Shown in pieces: positions 19,085 to 28,407 of a stretch of DNA of 64,000 nucleotides. Numbering within the stretch: position 1 is the first letter of the stretch; each line of letters begins with the position of its first letter. The stretch comes from an uncultured Magnetococcales bacterium (lineage in GTDB: Bacteria; Pseudomonadota; Alphaproteobacteria; UBA2136; JAPKEQ01): positions 943-64,942 of the forward strand of contig CAXHDG010000012.1 in assembly GCA_964015495.1 (NCBI GenBank), read 5' to 3'. The notes below the pieces were generated by a model. The model had not been told where the DNA came from, did no database searches, and was given only the letters and a program-made list of their open reading frames with translations. The translations under genes and the position numbers were made by a program.

Positions 19085-19939
19085 TTAATGCAGCAAAATA
19101 AGGCTCACTGCCATAACGGCCATACCACACACCACGCCAACAAGAGTCTCTTGCCCCTTACTATAACGGCGCGATGCAGGAAGAAGTTCATCAAGGCCAA
19201 GTACAACCATAAAGCCTGCAATGGTCGCAAGTACCATTCCCATGACAATGTCACTCATAACTGGTTTAAGAACAAGATACCCAAGAAGTGCGCCCACAGG
19301 CTCAGCAAAACCGCTCAATGCCGCATAGAAGAACGCTTTCTTTTTGCTTTGCGTTGCATAGTATATAGGTACAGCGACGCTTACACCTTCTGGAATATTA
19401 TGCAGGGCAATAGCTGCCGCAACAACAAGGCCCAGCTCAGGCTCACTTAATGTCGCAAAAAATGTCGCCATACCTTCTGGCAGATTATGCAAACTAATGG
19501 CAAGGGCCGCAAGAAGACCAAGCTTTTTAAGAAGAAGTGCATCATGTATATGCACATGTCCGTGCTCATGTTTATGGCCAGAAGCCATATCTTCCACGCA
19601 ATCTTTATCACGCTGTACGTGCGGGTTCAAAAGTTTAGGCGTGACCCAATTCATAAAAAGAAACAGCAAAATTCCTATAAAAAACATCGCAGCAGCAATA
19701 GCAGATGTATGCCCTTCGCCTGCGGCTTCCAGTAGCATATGACTGGCTTCATAATAAAATTCTGTGAAAGAAATATAGATCATGGCCCCCGCACTAAAGG
19801 CAAGCGAAAGTGCAAGTAGGCGTACATTACTGTAATGGGCAAAAAGCAGAGCAACCGTGCCAAGCATTGTGGAAGCACCAGCAACCGTTGTAAGTAAAAG
19901 CGCAAGAAGCACTGGATGGGCGGTAAACATATCTAACAT
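19085..19939 (-). CDS. zupT: ZIP-family divalent metal transporter
   Basis: HNLPEG and HNIPEG motifs, His-rich loop, about 8 TMs. Confidence 0.92.
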   Translation of the reverse strand: MLDMFTAHPVLLALLLTTVAGASTMLGTVALLFAHYSNVRLLALSLAFSAGAMIYISFTEFYYEASHMLLEAAGEGHTSAIAAAMFFIGILLFLFMNWVTPKLLNPHVQRDKDCVEDMASGHKHEHGHVHIHDALLLKKLGLLAALAISLHNLPEGMATFFATLSEPELGLVVAAAIALHNIPEGVSVAVPIYYATQSKKKAFFYAALSGFAEPVGALLGYLVLKPVMSDIVMGMVLATIAGFMVVLGLDELLPASRRYSKGQETLVGVVCGMAVMAVSLILLH

Positions 19940-20012
19940 TTAAAATTCTTTCTTAAGCTTTTCACAGTATGGCGCTTTTATAGAGGATTTCAAGCCCCTC
20001 TTTAAATGCAAA

Positions 20013-21878
20013 TTACCCGTGAAAGAAACCATATATATGCTCTGCCAAGCTCTTACTCACTCCATCCACCTGCATAAGCTGGCTCACACTTGCTGCTTCC
20101 ACAGCTGATGCGGAGCCAAACGCAAGAAGCAGAGCCTTTTTACGTCTTGCTCCCACACCTGGAATTTGATCCAATTTTGAGGTTACCATGTCCTTGGAGC
20201 GTTTTTGCCTATGGAAATTAATCGCAAAGCGGTGCGCTTCATCGCGTACCTGCTGAAGCAAAAAGATAAGCGGCGTGTCTTTTTCAATAGGAAGGCAGTC
20301 TTTTAATCCATACATCCAGATGACTTCTTGCCCCTTGTCTCGCTCTTCGCCTTTGGCAATAGCGCACAGCACCGTCTTGCCATCTTCAAGCAGGCCCAGC
20401 TCATCAAACACCTTCACAAGCACACGAAGATGCCCCTTACCACCATCCACCATAACCACGCTTGGCCAAGGCGGCGCCTGCGTTTTATCTTTACGCGCCT
20501 TTTCTGTTTCCCGAGCAAGGCGACTATAGCGGCGCGAGAGTGCTTCACGCATCATTGCGTAATCATCGGGTGTATTTTTAACTGTAATTGCAAACTTACG
20601 GTATTCAGATTTCATCATGCCTTCTTCGCCCGCCACAACAAGAGAGGCCACCGGATTTGTACCTGAAATATTGGAAATATCAAACGTCTCAACTCGCTTT
20701 ACATGGGGCACGCCCAACACCTCAGCAAAAGCAGCCATTTGCTTTTTCCAACCTGCACCTGCTGCTTGCCTACGCTTAAGGGCTTGCTCTGCGTTTAAAG
20801 AGGCTTTTTTTACAATATGAAATTTTTCCCCACGGCTTGGTGCATGCACATGCACAGCCTTGCCAAGGTTTCTTTCTTTTAAGTAATCTTGCAGCGTGTC
20901 TATATCGTTTGAGGGCAAAGATGTAAAAATCTCTTTCGGGGGTTTACGGCTTGCATAATGAAGCGCAAGAAATATACGCATAACTTCTGCTGGCTCTTCT
21001 GCCTCAACGCCTTTCGGGTAAAATACATGGTTACCCACATGTTGGCCGGCGCGGTAATAAAACACCTGTACTGCCGCCTCGCCCCCTTGCACATAAAGGC
21101 CAACAACATCTGCATCAATAAGAACCTGAGTCGTTGCGTGCTGTGGGGTCAGCACTTGCTGCAATGCTTTTAAGCGATCTCTACATTCAGCTGCTGCCTC
21201 ATAGCGCATATCCGCTGATGCTTTCTGCATGTCCTCGGATAAAAGCTTCTGAACCTGCGCTCCATCACCTTTTAAAAAACTTTTCGCTTGAGATAAGAGC
21301 CCCTTATATTCCTCTGGAGAAACCTTATTAACGCAAGGCGCGCTACAGCGTTTAATATCATACTTAAGGCATGGGCGCGTTCGGTTTTTAAATACGCTGT
21401 CTTTACATGTTCTAAGCCTAAACACACGCTCCATAAGATCAATTGTACGATATACCGCATCGCCGCTTGGGTATGGGCCAAACAAGTCTCCGCCTACATT
21501 CTTTTTACCCCGATAAGGCATAAGGCGCGGTGTTTTGTCGTCTGTCATAAGAATAGAGAGATAGGTAGAGTCATCTCTAAAGATAATGTTGTATTTAGGC
21601 TTTAAGCTTTTAATCAGGTTAATTTCAAGCAGGAGCGCTTCTGCTTCTGTTTCTGTTTCCACAAGAGTGAGTTCACGCGTTTCAAATACCATACGCTTAA
21701 TCCGCTGAGTGAGTGCTTCAAACTGCGTATAATTTATGAGGCGATTTTTTAGGTTCTTTGCCTTACCAACATAAAGGATATCACCCTTTTCATTCATCAT
21801 CCGATATACACCAGGAGAGGTAGGCGCATGCTGCACCTGCTCTTTAAGATATTCTACACCTAGATTTTCTTTTGCCAT
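20013..21878 (-). CDS. uvrC: Excinuclease ABC subunit C
   Basis: PGVYRM...YVGKAKNL GIY-YIG domain, FDISN, DGGKG, RDEAHRFA, HhH. Confidence 0.98.
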   Translation of the reverse strand: MAKENLGVEYLKEQVQHAPTSPGVYRMMNEKGDILYVGKAKNLKNRLINYTQFEALTQRIKRMVFETRELTLVETETEAEALLLEINLIKSLKPKYNIIFRDDSTYLSILMTDDKTPRLMPYRGKKNVGGDLFGPYPSGDAVYRTIDLMERVFRLRTCKDSVFKNRTRPCLKYDIKRCSAPCVNKVSPEEYKGLLSQAKSFLKGDGAQVQKLLSEDMQKASADMRYEAAAECRDRLKALQQVLTPQHATTQVLIDADVVGLYVQGGEAAVQVFYYRAGQHVGNHVFYPKGVEAEEPAEVMRIFLALHYASRKPPKEIFTSLPSNDIDTLQDYLKERNLGKAVHVHAPSRGEKFHIVKKASLNAEQALKRRQAAGAGWKKQMAAFAEVLGVPHVKRVETFDISNISGTNPVASLVVAGEEGMMKSEYRKFAITVKNTPDDYAMMREALSRRYSRLARETEKARKDKTQAPPWPSVVMVDGGKGHLRVLVKVFDELGLLEDGKTVLCAIAKGEERDKGQEVIWMYGLKDCLPIEKDTPLIFLLQQVRDEAHRFAINFHRQKRSKDMVTSKLDQIPGVGARRKKALLLAFGSASAVEAASVSQLMQVDGVSKSLAEHIYGFFHG

Positions 21879-22035
21879 GCCCCACCCTACTATGAGTCCC
21901 CCATAATTGGAATAGCTATAATCATGCCCGTCCTATGCGCTTAAAAGCAATAACTGCTTTGTTGTGAGGTTTCATTTTAAGTTAATGCAAGAATATGCCT
22001 GCGCATTGCACGCTTCTACAACAGATGAGAAAAAG

Positions 22036-22237
22036 TTATCCACGGAAGCTGTGGATAACTCTGTGGACAAGCATGTGGATGACACAAACATGTCACAGAA
22101 GTCTGCACCCAAGTACAGATTGCCCATTTTTAGTGCACTTTTATTATCTAATAAACTTCAATCACTTACACCAAAAAACAACACACTAACGACCTCAGTT
22201 AAAGTGCATTATGACTTGACACCCCTTTTGTGGATAA
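22036..22237. promoter_or_regulatory. Cluster of five DnaA boxes
   Basis: TTATCCACG 22036, TGTGGATAA 22050, TGTGGACAA 22062, TGTGGATGA 22074, TGTGGATAA 22229. Confidence 0.8.
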
Positions 22238-22395
22238 ACCGTATGCAACGTATGCAATTTCTCGAAGTAAAAAGAGGGTTGTTTTATAAGTTTTTTTTCG
22301 GAATCAAGCGTAAATTTGACATTTTTTGCATTTTTTCAAAGCTAATTTGCCAGTTAACGTTCATTAGAGTGTGCTTTTTTGATATACTTCCATCC

Positions 22396-23178
22396 ATGAA
22401 AAATTTAGTGACTCTTATTCTTGCCGCAGGGCAAGGTAAGCGCATGAAGAGCGATATGCCTAAAGTGCTTGTTCCTATGGCAGGAAAAGCAATGCTTTCT
22501 CATGTGCTAGATGCAGCCGCTCCGCTTGGAGCTGAACGTACATTAGTTATTGTTGGCCATAAAGCTGAGGATGTAACCTCTCACCTCAACGCCAACCATA
22601 AAGGCTCGGAATCTGTGTTTGCAGAACCTCTCGGCACAGGTTACGCAGTAAGAGAGTGCGGCCCAAGCCTTAAAGGTTTTAAAGGGCAAGCTCTCATTCT
22701 CACGGGTGATTGCCCCCTTATAACAACAGATCTCCTTGAAAGCCTTATCACTGAGCATAACCAGGAAGACCACGTCATCAGCTTTATTTCAACCATTGCT
22801 GAAGATCCTACAGGCCTTGGCCGCGTTATAAGAGATTCCTCTGGTCATGTTTCACGCATTGTTGAACATAAAGACGCAACAGAAGAAGAGCGCCTTGTTA
22901 AAGAAATTAACACAGGGCTCTACCTTGTAAACTGCCCGGAACTTTTTGAACTTCTTGCAGATGTAACAAATAACAATGCACAGGGCGAGTACTACCTTCC
23001 AGACATTATGGCTCTTGCCCTTAAAGGCGGCATGAAAGTTGGTACATTTACATGCAGCAACGGCCTTGGACTGCTTGGTGTAAACTCACCAGAACAACTT
23101 ACCAGCGCTGAAGAACTTTATAATAGAGGTACAATGAACTATCCAGCACATAAAGAAAGCTTACAACATGCAGGTTAA
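22396..23178 (+). CDS. glmU: GlmU uridyltransferase domain only (stand-alone)
   Basis: ILAAGQGKRMKS...PKVL, LGTG, GDCP, IVEHKDA, EINTG, NNAQGEYYLPD; stops before the beta-helix. Start trimmed. Confidence 0.85.
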   Translation: MKNLVTLILAAGQGKRMKSDMPKVLVPMAGKAMLSHVLDAAAPLGAERTLVIVGHKAEDVTSHLNANHKGSESVFAEPLGTGYAVRECGPSLKGFKGQALILTGDCPLITTDLLESLITEHNQEDHVISFISTIAEDPTGLGRVIRDSSGHVSRIVEHKDATEEERLVKEINTGLYLVNCPELFELLADVTNNNAQGEYYLPDIMALALKGGMKVGTFTCSNGLGLLGVNSPEQLTSAEELYNRGTMNYPAHKESLQHAG

Positions 23179-23884
23179 AGACCTATTTTTTGCAGATGAC
23201 CTTTCAGAGAAAATGACAAATTTTATAGCTGAGCACACCTCACCAGTTGAGCTGCTTAACAACTTCCCTTCCCTTATGAAAGGCGTAAAAGGGCAAGTCG
23301 TTAAAGGAACAGTGCAAGAAGGCGCAATCATACAAGGGGACGTATTCATTGATGAAGGCAGCGTTGTGCATGCAGGCGTTGTTATCGAAGGCCCTGTTTA
23401 CATCGGCAAAAATGTTTCCATACGCCCGCACTCAAATTTACGTAAAGGCTGCTACCTAGACGATGAAGTGGTAATTGGACACGGCGCAGATATTAAAAAT
23501 GCCCTTCTTATGCGCGGTGCAAAAGTACAAGACGGCACATTTTGCGGAGATAGTGTAGTTGGACGCGGCGGACGCGTAGGTAGCGGAACCATTCTCGCTA
23601 ACCGTAAATTTAACCAAACAAACATTAAAATTGATTTAAACGGCGTACAAGATAGCGGCAGAGATTTCTTTGGCGCAATTCTTGGGGATTACTCACGCCT
23701 TGCCGCCAATGTTGTCACATCACCAGGTACTGTCATTGGTGCTTACACATGGGTTGGAAGCGGCGTTGTACTGAACGGAACCATTCCAGCAGACACGCTT
23801 GTAACCGTAAAGCAAGAGCTTGAGTCACGCACAAAAGATCGTGTAGATCTTAAAAGCGGTATCGGGGAATATGAGCACTTGTAA
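23168..23884 (+). CDS. Left-handed beta-helix acetyltransferase (archaeal/chlamydial GlmU C-domain type)
   Basis: Hexapeptide repeats, IEGPVYIG, IKNALL, GDSVVG, GTILANRK, GAILGD. Confidence 0.75.
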   Translation: MQVKDLFFADDLSEKMTNFIAEHTSPVELLNNFPSLMKGVKGQVVKGTVQEGAIIQGDVFIDEGSVVHAGVVIEGPVYIGKNVSIRPHSNLRKGCYLDDEVVIGHGADIKNALLMRGAKVQDGTFCGDSVVGRGGRVGSGTILANRKFNQTNIKIDLNGVQDSGRDFFGAILGDYSRLAANVVTSPGTVIGAYTWVGSGVVLNGTIPADTLVTVKQELESRTKDRVDLKSGIGEYEHL

Positions 23885-23896
23885 GAAAGGTATATT

Positions 23897-24184
23897 ATGA
23901 GAATATTACTCATACTAATTATTATCATTTCAGGATACAGTCTCCTAAAGCCTAGCAGCGGTGATAGCTCTCCAAATACAAGCAACCTTTGGGGAAACTA
24001 CAGTCCTATAGTAAAAGAAAGAATTGATAAAGCGGTCCAAGAAAAAGATTGCCTTCAATTACAAAAGGAATTTGATGCCGCTTATAAAAATAGCAATAAT
24101 CAAAGACATAGAACTGGTACTAGTAATAGTAAACTCATGAACTTTTTAGACTATAAAATGACCCAGTTAAAGTGTTACAAATAA
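23897..24184 (+). CDS. Small exported or membrane-anchored hypothetical protein
   Basis: AAAGG RBS, N-terminal hydrophobic stretch, two Cys; AT-rich. Confidence 0.6.
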   Translation: MRILLILIIIISGYSLLKPSSGDSSPNTSNLWGNYSPIVKERIDKAVQEKDCLQLQKEFDAAYKNSNNQRHRTGTSNSKLMNFLDYKMTQLKCYK

Positions 24185-24193
24185 AAGAATCAA

Positions 24194-24314
24194 AACCTTT
24201 CAGAAGCTATTTAAGCAAACTGAAAGGTTGCGATTTGAGTGAAGAAAATATTTTTTGAAGAGCGAATTGTACAGATAAGTACCAGAGCGATAAGAAAAAG
24301 ATTTTATACCTCAA
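24194..24314 (+). other. Two adjacent stem-loops in the glmS leader
   Basis: AACCTTTCAG/CTGAAAGGTT, then TTTGAG...AAAATATTTTT...GTAC-N6-GTAC...AAAAAGATTTT...CTCAAA. Confidence 0.45.
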
Positions 24315-24340
24315 AGAAATAACTTAAGAAAGGTTTTATC

Positions 24341-26164
24341 ATGTGTGGAATCGTCGGCGTAATCGGAGATAACAACGCAACAACGCAAGTGTTAGAAGGC
24401 CTCAAACGCCTTGAGTACCGCGGCTATGACAGCTCGGGCATCGCACACAACACAGGCTCATCTGTTGAAATTCGCAAAAGCGCCGGAAAAATCAGCGCCC
24501 TTGAGGAGCACATCAAAAACTCTCCATTCACAAGCACAAGCAGCAGTGCCATTGGCCATACCCGCTGGGCAACGCACGGCGCGCCTAACGAAGGTAACGC
24601 ACACCCGCATAAAAGTGGTGCTTGCACAGTTGTTCACAACGGTATCATTGAGAATTATCAAGATATTAAAACCATGCTTGAAAGCAAAGGCCGTACGTTT
24701 GCCTCGCAAACAGATACAGAGGTTATTCCTGCGCTGATTGATTTTTACATGAGCGAAGGCAAGGACCTTCTAGGCGCAGTACAAAAAGCAGTAAGCGAAT
24801 TTGAGGGCGCTTTTGCAATTACTGTTATGCATGAAGGCAGCGCAGATACTCTTATTGCTGCCCGCCGTGGTGCGCCTCTTGTCGTTGGCTTTGGCGACGG
24901 CTGCAACTATGTTGGCTCAGACCCTATTGCCCTTGCCCCTTACACAAACAAGTTCCTCTTCCTTGAAGAAGATGATATTGCAGAAGTGACAAAAGATAGC
25001 ATCAACATCACTCGTCCTGATGGCTCTGTTGCAACACGCCAAACAAAGCTTATTGATGTAAACAGCGCTCTTGTTGGCAAAGCAGGCTATAACCATTTCA
25101 TGCTGAAAGAAATTCATGAGCAGCCTGACGTTGTAAGCCGCATGCTAGAAAAATACCTAACTGGCGACACTGTTAAACTTCCTGAGCTACCATGCGATTT
25201 GAGTGCAGCCCCGCAAATTAATATTATTGCCTGCGGTACAGCCTACTGCGCAAGCCTTGTTGGTAAATACATGCTTGAAACAGCTGGCGGCGTACCTGTT
25301 AATGTGGACGCAGCAAGCGAGTTTCGTTACCGTAACCCACCTCTTATTCAGGGCGGCATTTTTGTAGCCGTTTCCCAAAGTGGTGAAACAGCAGATACAC
25401 TTGCTGCTGTAGAGCATGCCAAGGCAAATGGTCAGTTCATCGTAGCACTCACAAACACCCCAACAAGTTCTATTGCTCGCATTAGTGATGCTGTCATTGA
25501 TTTTAATGCAGGTACAGAAATTGCAGTAGCTTCCACAAAATGCTTTATTGGCATGCTCACAGCCTTCAACCTTATGGCCCTAAAAATGCTAGAAGAAAAA
25601 GGCGCTCCAGAGACTGAGCGTAGCGCTTGGTCTCAAGCCCTGCGCGAGCTCCCAACGCAAATTGGTAAGGCTGTCGCCAATACTAAATCTATTGAAGCGC
25701 TTGCTCAAAAAGTTAAAAAAGCATCCAGCATGCTTTATCTTGGTCGTGGCCAACTCGCACCAATTGCCATTGAAGGTGCACTTAAAATTAAAGAGATATC
25801 CTACATTCACGCGGAAGCTTATGCATCTGGTGAAATGAAACATGGCCCTATTGCGCTTGTGGATGAAACCCTTCCAGTGGTTAACCTTGCCTCATCATCA
25901 GATGGCCTACTTGAAAAGACAATTTCAAACATGCAAGAGGTAAACGCGCGGGGCGGGCAAGTCATTCTTGTGGGCGACAAAGAAGCCCTTAAAGCAGCAC
26001 CAGAAATTGAACGTGAAGAAATTCTTGTTCCTCAGTCTCACCCTTGTGTGGCACCAGTCCTCTTCACTATCCCAATGCAGCTTCTAGCTTACCATGTTGC
26101 CGTACTTAAAGGTACAGACGTGGACCAGCCAAGAAACCTTGCAAAATCTGTAACAGTGGAGTAG
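24341..26164 (+). CDS. glmS: Glutamine-fructose-6-phosphate aminotransferase
   Basis: MCGIVG, LEYRGYDS, HTRWATHG, SQSGETADT, PRNLAKSVTVE. Confidence 0.99.
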   Translation: MCGIVGVIGDNNATTQVLEGLKRLEYRGYDSSGIAHNTGSSVEIRKSAGKISALEEHIKNSPFTSTSSSAIGHTRWATHGAPNEGNAHPHKSGACTVVHNGIIENYQDIKTMLESKGRTFASQTDTEVIPALIDFYMSEGKDLLGAVQKAVSEFEGAFAITVMHEGSADTLIAARRGAPLVVGFGDGCNYVGSDPIALAPYTNKFLFLEEDDIAEVTKDSINITRPDGSVATRQTKLIDVNSALVGKAGYNHFMLKEIHEQPDVVSRMLEKYLTGDTVKLPELPCDLSAAPQINIIACGTAYCASLVGKYMLETAGGVPVNVDAASEFRYRNPPLIQGGIFVAVSQSGETADTLAAVEHAKANGQFIVALTNTPTSSIARISDAVIDFNAGTEIAVASTKCFIGMLTAFNLMALKMLEEKGAPETERSAWSQALRELPTQIGKAVANTKSIEALAQKVKKASSMLYLGRGQLAPIAIEGALKIKEISYIHAEAYASGEMKHGPIALVDETLPVVNLASSSDGLLEKTISNMQEVNARGGQVILVGDKEALKAAPEIEREEILVPQSHPCVAPVLFTIPMQLLAYHVAVLKGTDVDQPRNLAKSVTVE

Positions 26165-26253
26165 CTCTCTATATGGCAACACAAGCCTAGGATGGAAGAA
26201 AAGAAACATAAGATATGCTTCACCCCTCCGTCGCAAAGGTAATACATCGAAAA

Positions 26254-26283
26254 GAAAAAGCCCACCATTTGGTGGGCTTTTTC
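26254..26283. terminator. Bidirectional terminator between glmS and glpX
   Basis: GAAAAAGCCCACC-ATTT-GGTGGGCTTTTTC. Confidence 0.88.
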
Positions 26284-26299
26284 CTCTTAAATTTAAAAC

Positions 26300-27298
26300 T
26301 TAATTTTGGTGGAATGTTTCCACGCGCCTGACTGTTCCAGTATGAGAACGCATCACAATTGTTTGTGTCATTTCACCGCCTTTAACGTGGCGCACCCCTT
26401 TAAGAAAACTGCCATCAGTAATTCCTGTTGCTGCAAAAATAACCTCGCCGCCAGCTAAGTCTTCGGTCATGTAAACTGCCTCTTTAGAAAGGTTCATATC
26501 CTTCATGTCAGCAATAGCTTTTACTGTGTCACGGCTGCTTTCCACATCAAGACGACCCATAAAGTGTCCGCCAAGGCATTTAAGAGCTGCAGCTGCAAGC
26601 ACGCCTTCAGGCGCACCGCCACTACCAAGATAAATATCCACACCACTCTCAGGGAGAGCCGTTGCAAGCGCCCCAGCAATATCACCATCTGAAATGAGTT
26701 TAGTACGTGCCCCAACTTTTCGAATCGCTTCTAGGTGATGCGCATGACGAGGACGTTCAAGCAAGCAAACAACAACATCTTCTACATTCATACCTTTTTG
26801 ACGGGCGTACTCAGTCACAATAGCATCTGCTTGCATATCTAATGTAAATTTAGATATATCAACCCCAGCACCAAAGGCGAGCTTTTTCATAGACATATCA
26901 GGTGCAGCCAGAAGTTTTCCTTTTTCACCAATAGCAATCACACTTATAGCATTGTCTAGCCCTTTAGATGCAAGGGTTGTCCCATCAACGGGATCAACAG
27001 CAATATCAACAGGTGTACCTTGTGGCGTACCCAAAATTTCACCATTATAAAGCATGGGAGCGTTATCTTTTTCACCCTCTCCAATCACAACAGTTCCATA
27101 AAGGTCTATACCATTAAGCGCACGGCGCATCGCATCAACCGCTGCGCCATCTAGCGCATTTTTATCCCCGTGGCCAAGGTGTTTATAAGCAGCCCTTGCA
27201 GCAGCTTCTGTTACCCGAACAAGTTCAATAGAAACGCGACGATCTATGCTTGCATCAATGCGTTCACCGAGTTCATAAGCCTTTAAAGCGGATACCAT
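26300..27298 (-). CDS. glpX: Fructose-1,6-bisphosphatase class II
   Basis: RVTEAAA, VIGEGEKDNAPML, DPVDGT, GGAPEGVL, ATGITDG. Confidence 0.96.
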   Translation of the reverse strand: MVSALKAYELGERIDASIDRRVSIELVRVTEAAARAAYKHLGHGDKNALDGAAVDAMRRALNGIDLYGTVVIGEGEKDNAPMLYNGEILGTPQGTPVDIAVDPVDGTTLASKGLDNAISVIAIGEKGKLLAAPDMSMKKLAFGAGVDISKFTLDMQADAIVTEYARQKGMNVEDVVVCLLERPRHAHHLEAIRKVGARTKLISDGDIAGALATALPESGVDIYLGSGGAPEGVLAAAALKCLGGHFMGRLDVESSRDTVKAIADMKDMNLSKEAVYMTEDLAGGEVIFAATGITDGSFLKGVRHVKGGEMTQTIVMRSHTGTVRRVETFHQN

Positions 27299-28404
27299 GT
27301 GTCATTCCCTTGAAATACATTATAAATTTTTATACCAAATTCAGATGTGAGGCGATCAATTTCAATTTTTGCTTTATTCGTTCTCACAATAGCGCCTTCA
27401 ATACCTTCTTTTGCCATAAGAGAATCTGATACAACACTAAAAGAAGGGTGATCTCTACAGAATGAGGCAAGCCCCATATTGCCGCGCAAAAAGTATAAGG
27501 ATTCAACTGAGTGAGGTGCATTTGTGAGCATCGGTTTTATGTTCATTTTTACTGGTTGAAGCGCTTTTATATCTTCAATAACATTCTCTGCAAACGCACG
27601 CTTATGGTTCCTATATGTCATCATCCTATTATGATCAGAAAGAGCAACCCAAACAGCTTCATCAGCATCTTCTACATGGGCAAGCGGCAGATTTCTATCA
27701 AACAAGAAAGGAGCCACAAATACGCCATCCATACGAATATCAGCAGTGAGCTTAATCGCATAGCCCATACGCTCAGCAAGAAGAATATCACTTGCTTCAA
27801 TATGGTCTAAGCCTCTAGGGCTTTTAACAAGCCCCTTTACAGATGAGAGCACCTGTTCACGCATTAAGTCAGCGCGTTTAAGTGTTGATTTCCCCATTGC
27901 GCGCTCACGCACCTGGTCAATAGGCGTGTCATTAACTTCTGCGTATAGCTCAACAGCAGCGTCAAAACTAATGTTTTCATCTCTCATGTAACGCAGTAAC
28001 GTTGACGGTTCCCCACCAGGTATAAGAAACATTCTTGTAGAACGAGACTCTATATTAGGAGCACAATTTCGGCCATCGCCCCACACTGCGCCAGATGTAA
28101 TAAGGGAAGCCCCCTTATCTAAAATAATATCCTTGTAAGTCTCCCGCTCATTACCAAGAGCTGTTGTATTGGTTGCCACAACATGAAGACCGCCCTCAAG
28201 GGCTGCTTTAATTACTTTGCCTGCCTGCTTCGGATTATTTAAAGCCTCAACAACAATATCAACTCCGCCACCAGAAAGAAGGCTTGTATCAAGTTCACCT
28301 TCTTCTGCCCAAACATACGAAAGCTCTCTATTTTCTAAAGTTTCAAACAACTCTAGAAACTCATTTTTAAACTGAGGAGAAACGTAAAGGGCTACAGTTT
28401 TCAA
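27283..28404 (-). CDS. Degenerate homoserine dehydrogenase-like protein
   Basis: VDIVVE, ALEGGLHVVATN, DILLAERMGYAIKL and PLAHV match Hom; NAD-binding and catalytic motifs are missing. TTG start with AGGAG RBS; hom-glpX synteny. Confidence 0.7.
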   Translation of the reverse strand: MKTVALYVSPQFKNEFLELFETLENRELSYVWAEEGELDTSLLSGGGVDIVVEALNNPKQAGKVIKAALEGGLHVVATNTTALGNERETYKDIILDKGASLITSGAVWGDGRNCAPNIESRSTRMFLIPGGEPSTLLRYMRDENISFDAAVELYAEVNDTPIDQVRERAMGKSTLKRADLMREQVLSSVKGLVKSPRGLDHIEASDILLAERMGYAIKLTADIRMDGVFVAPFLFDRNLPLAHVEDADEAVWVALSDHNRMMTYRNHKRAFAENVIEDIKALQPVKMNIKPMLTNAPHSVESLYFLRGNMGLASFCRDHPSFSVVSDSLMAKEGIEGAIVRTNKAKIEIDRLTSEFGIKIYNVFQGNDTWYPL

Positions 28405-28407
28405 AAG

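Noticed and set aside
22036-22237. Firm oriC call
   Set aside because: No visible strand-bias switch and no dnaA, hemE, gidA or parAB nearby; kept only as a DnaA-box cluster.
21964-22395. 144-aa N-terminal extension of the glmU ORF in the ORF track
   Set aside because: Homology starts at MKNLVTLILAAG (22396); the extension runs through the DnaA boxes and AT-rich promoter DNA.
24185-24340. glmS ribozyme
   Set aside because: The conserved core (AGCGC at the cleavage site, GACGAGG) is not present.
26120-26290. Tn7-like insertion at attTn7 (glmS 3' end)
   Set aside because: glmS is followed directly by a terminator and glpX; no transposon ends or tns genes.
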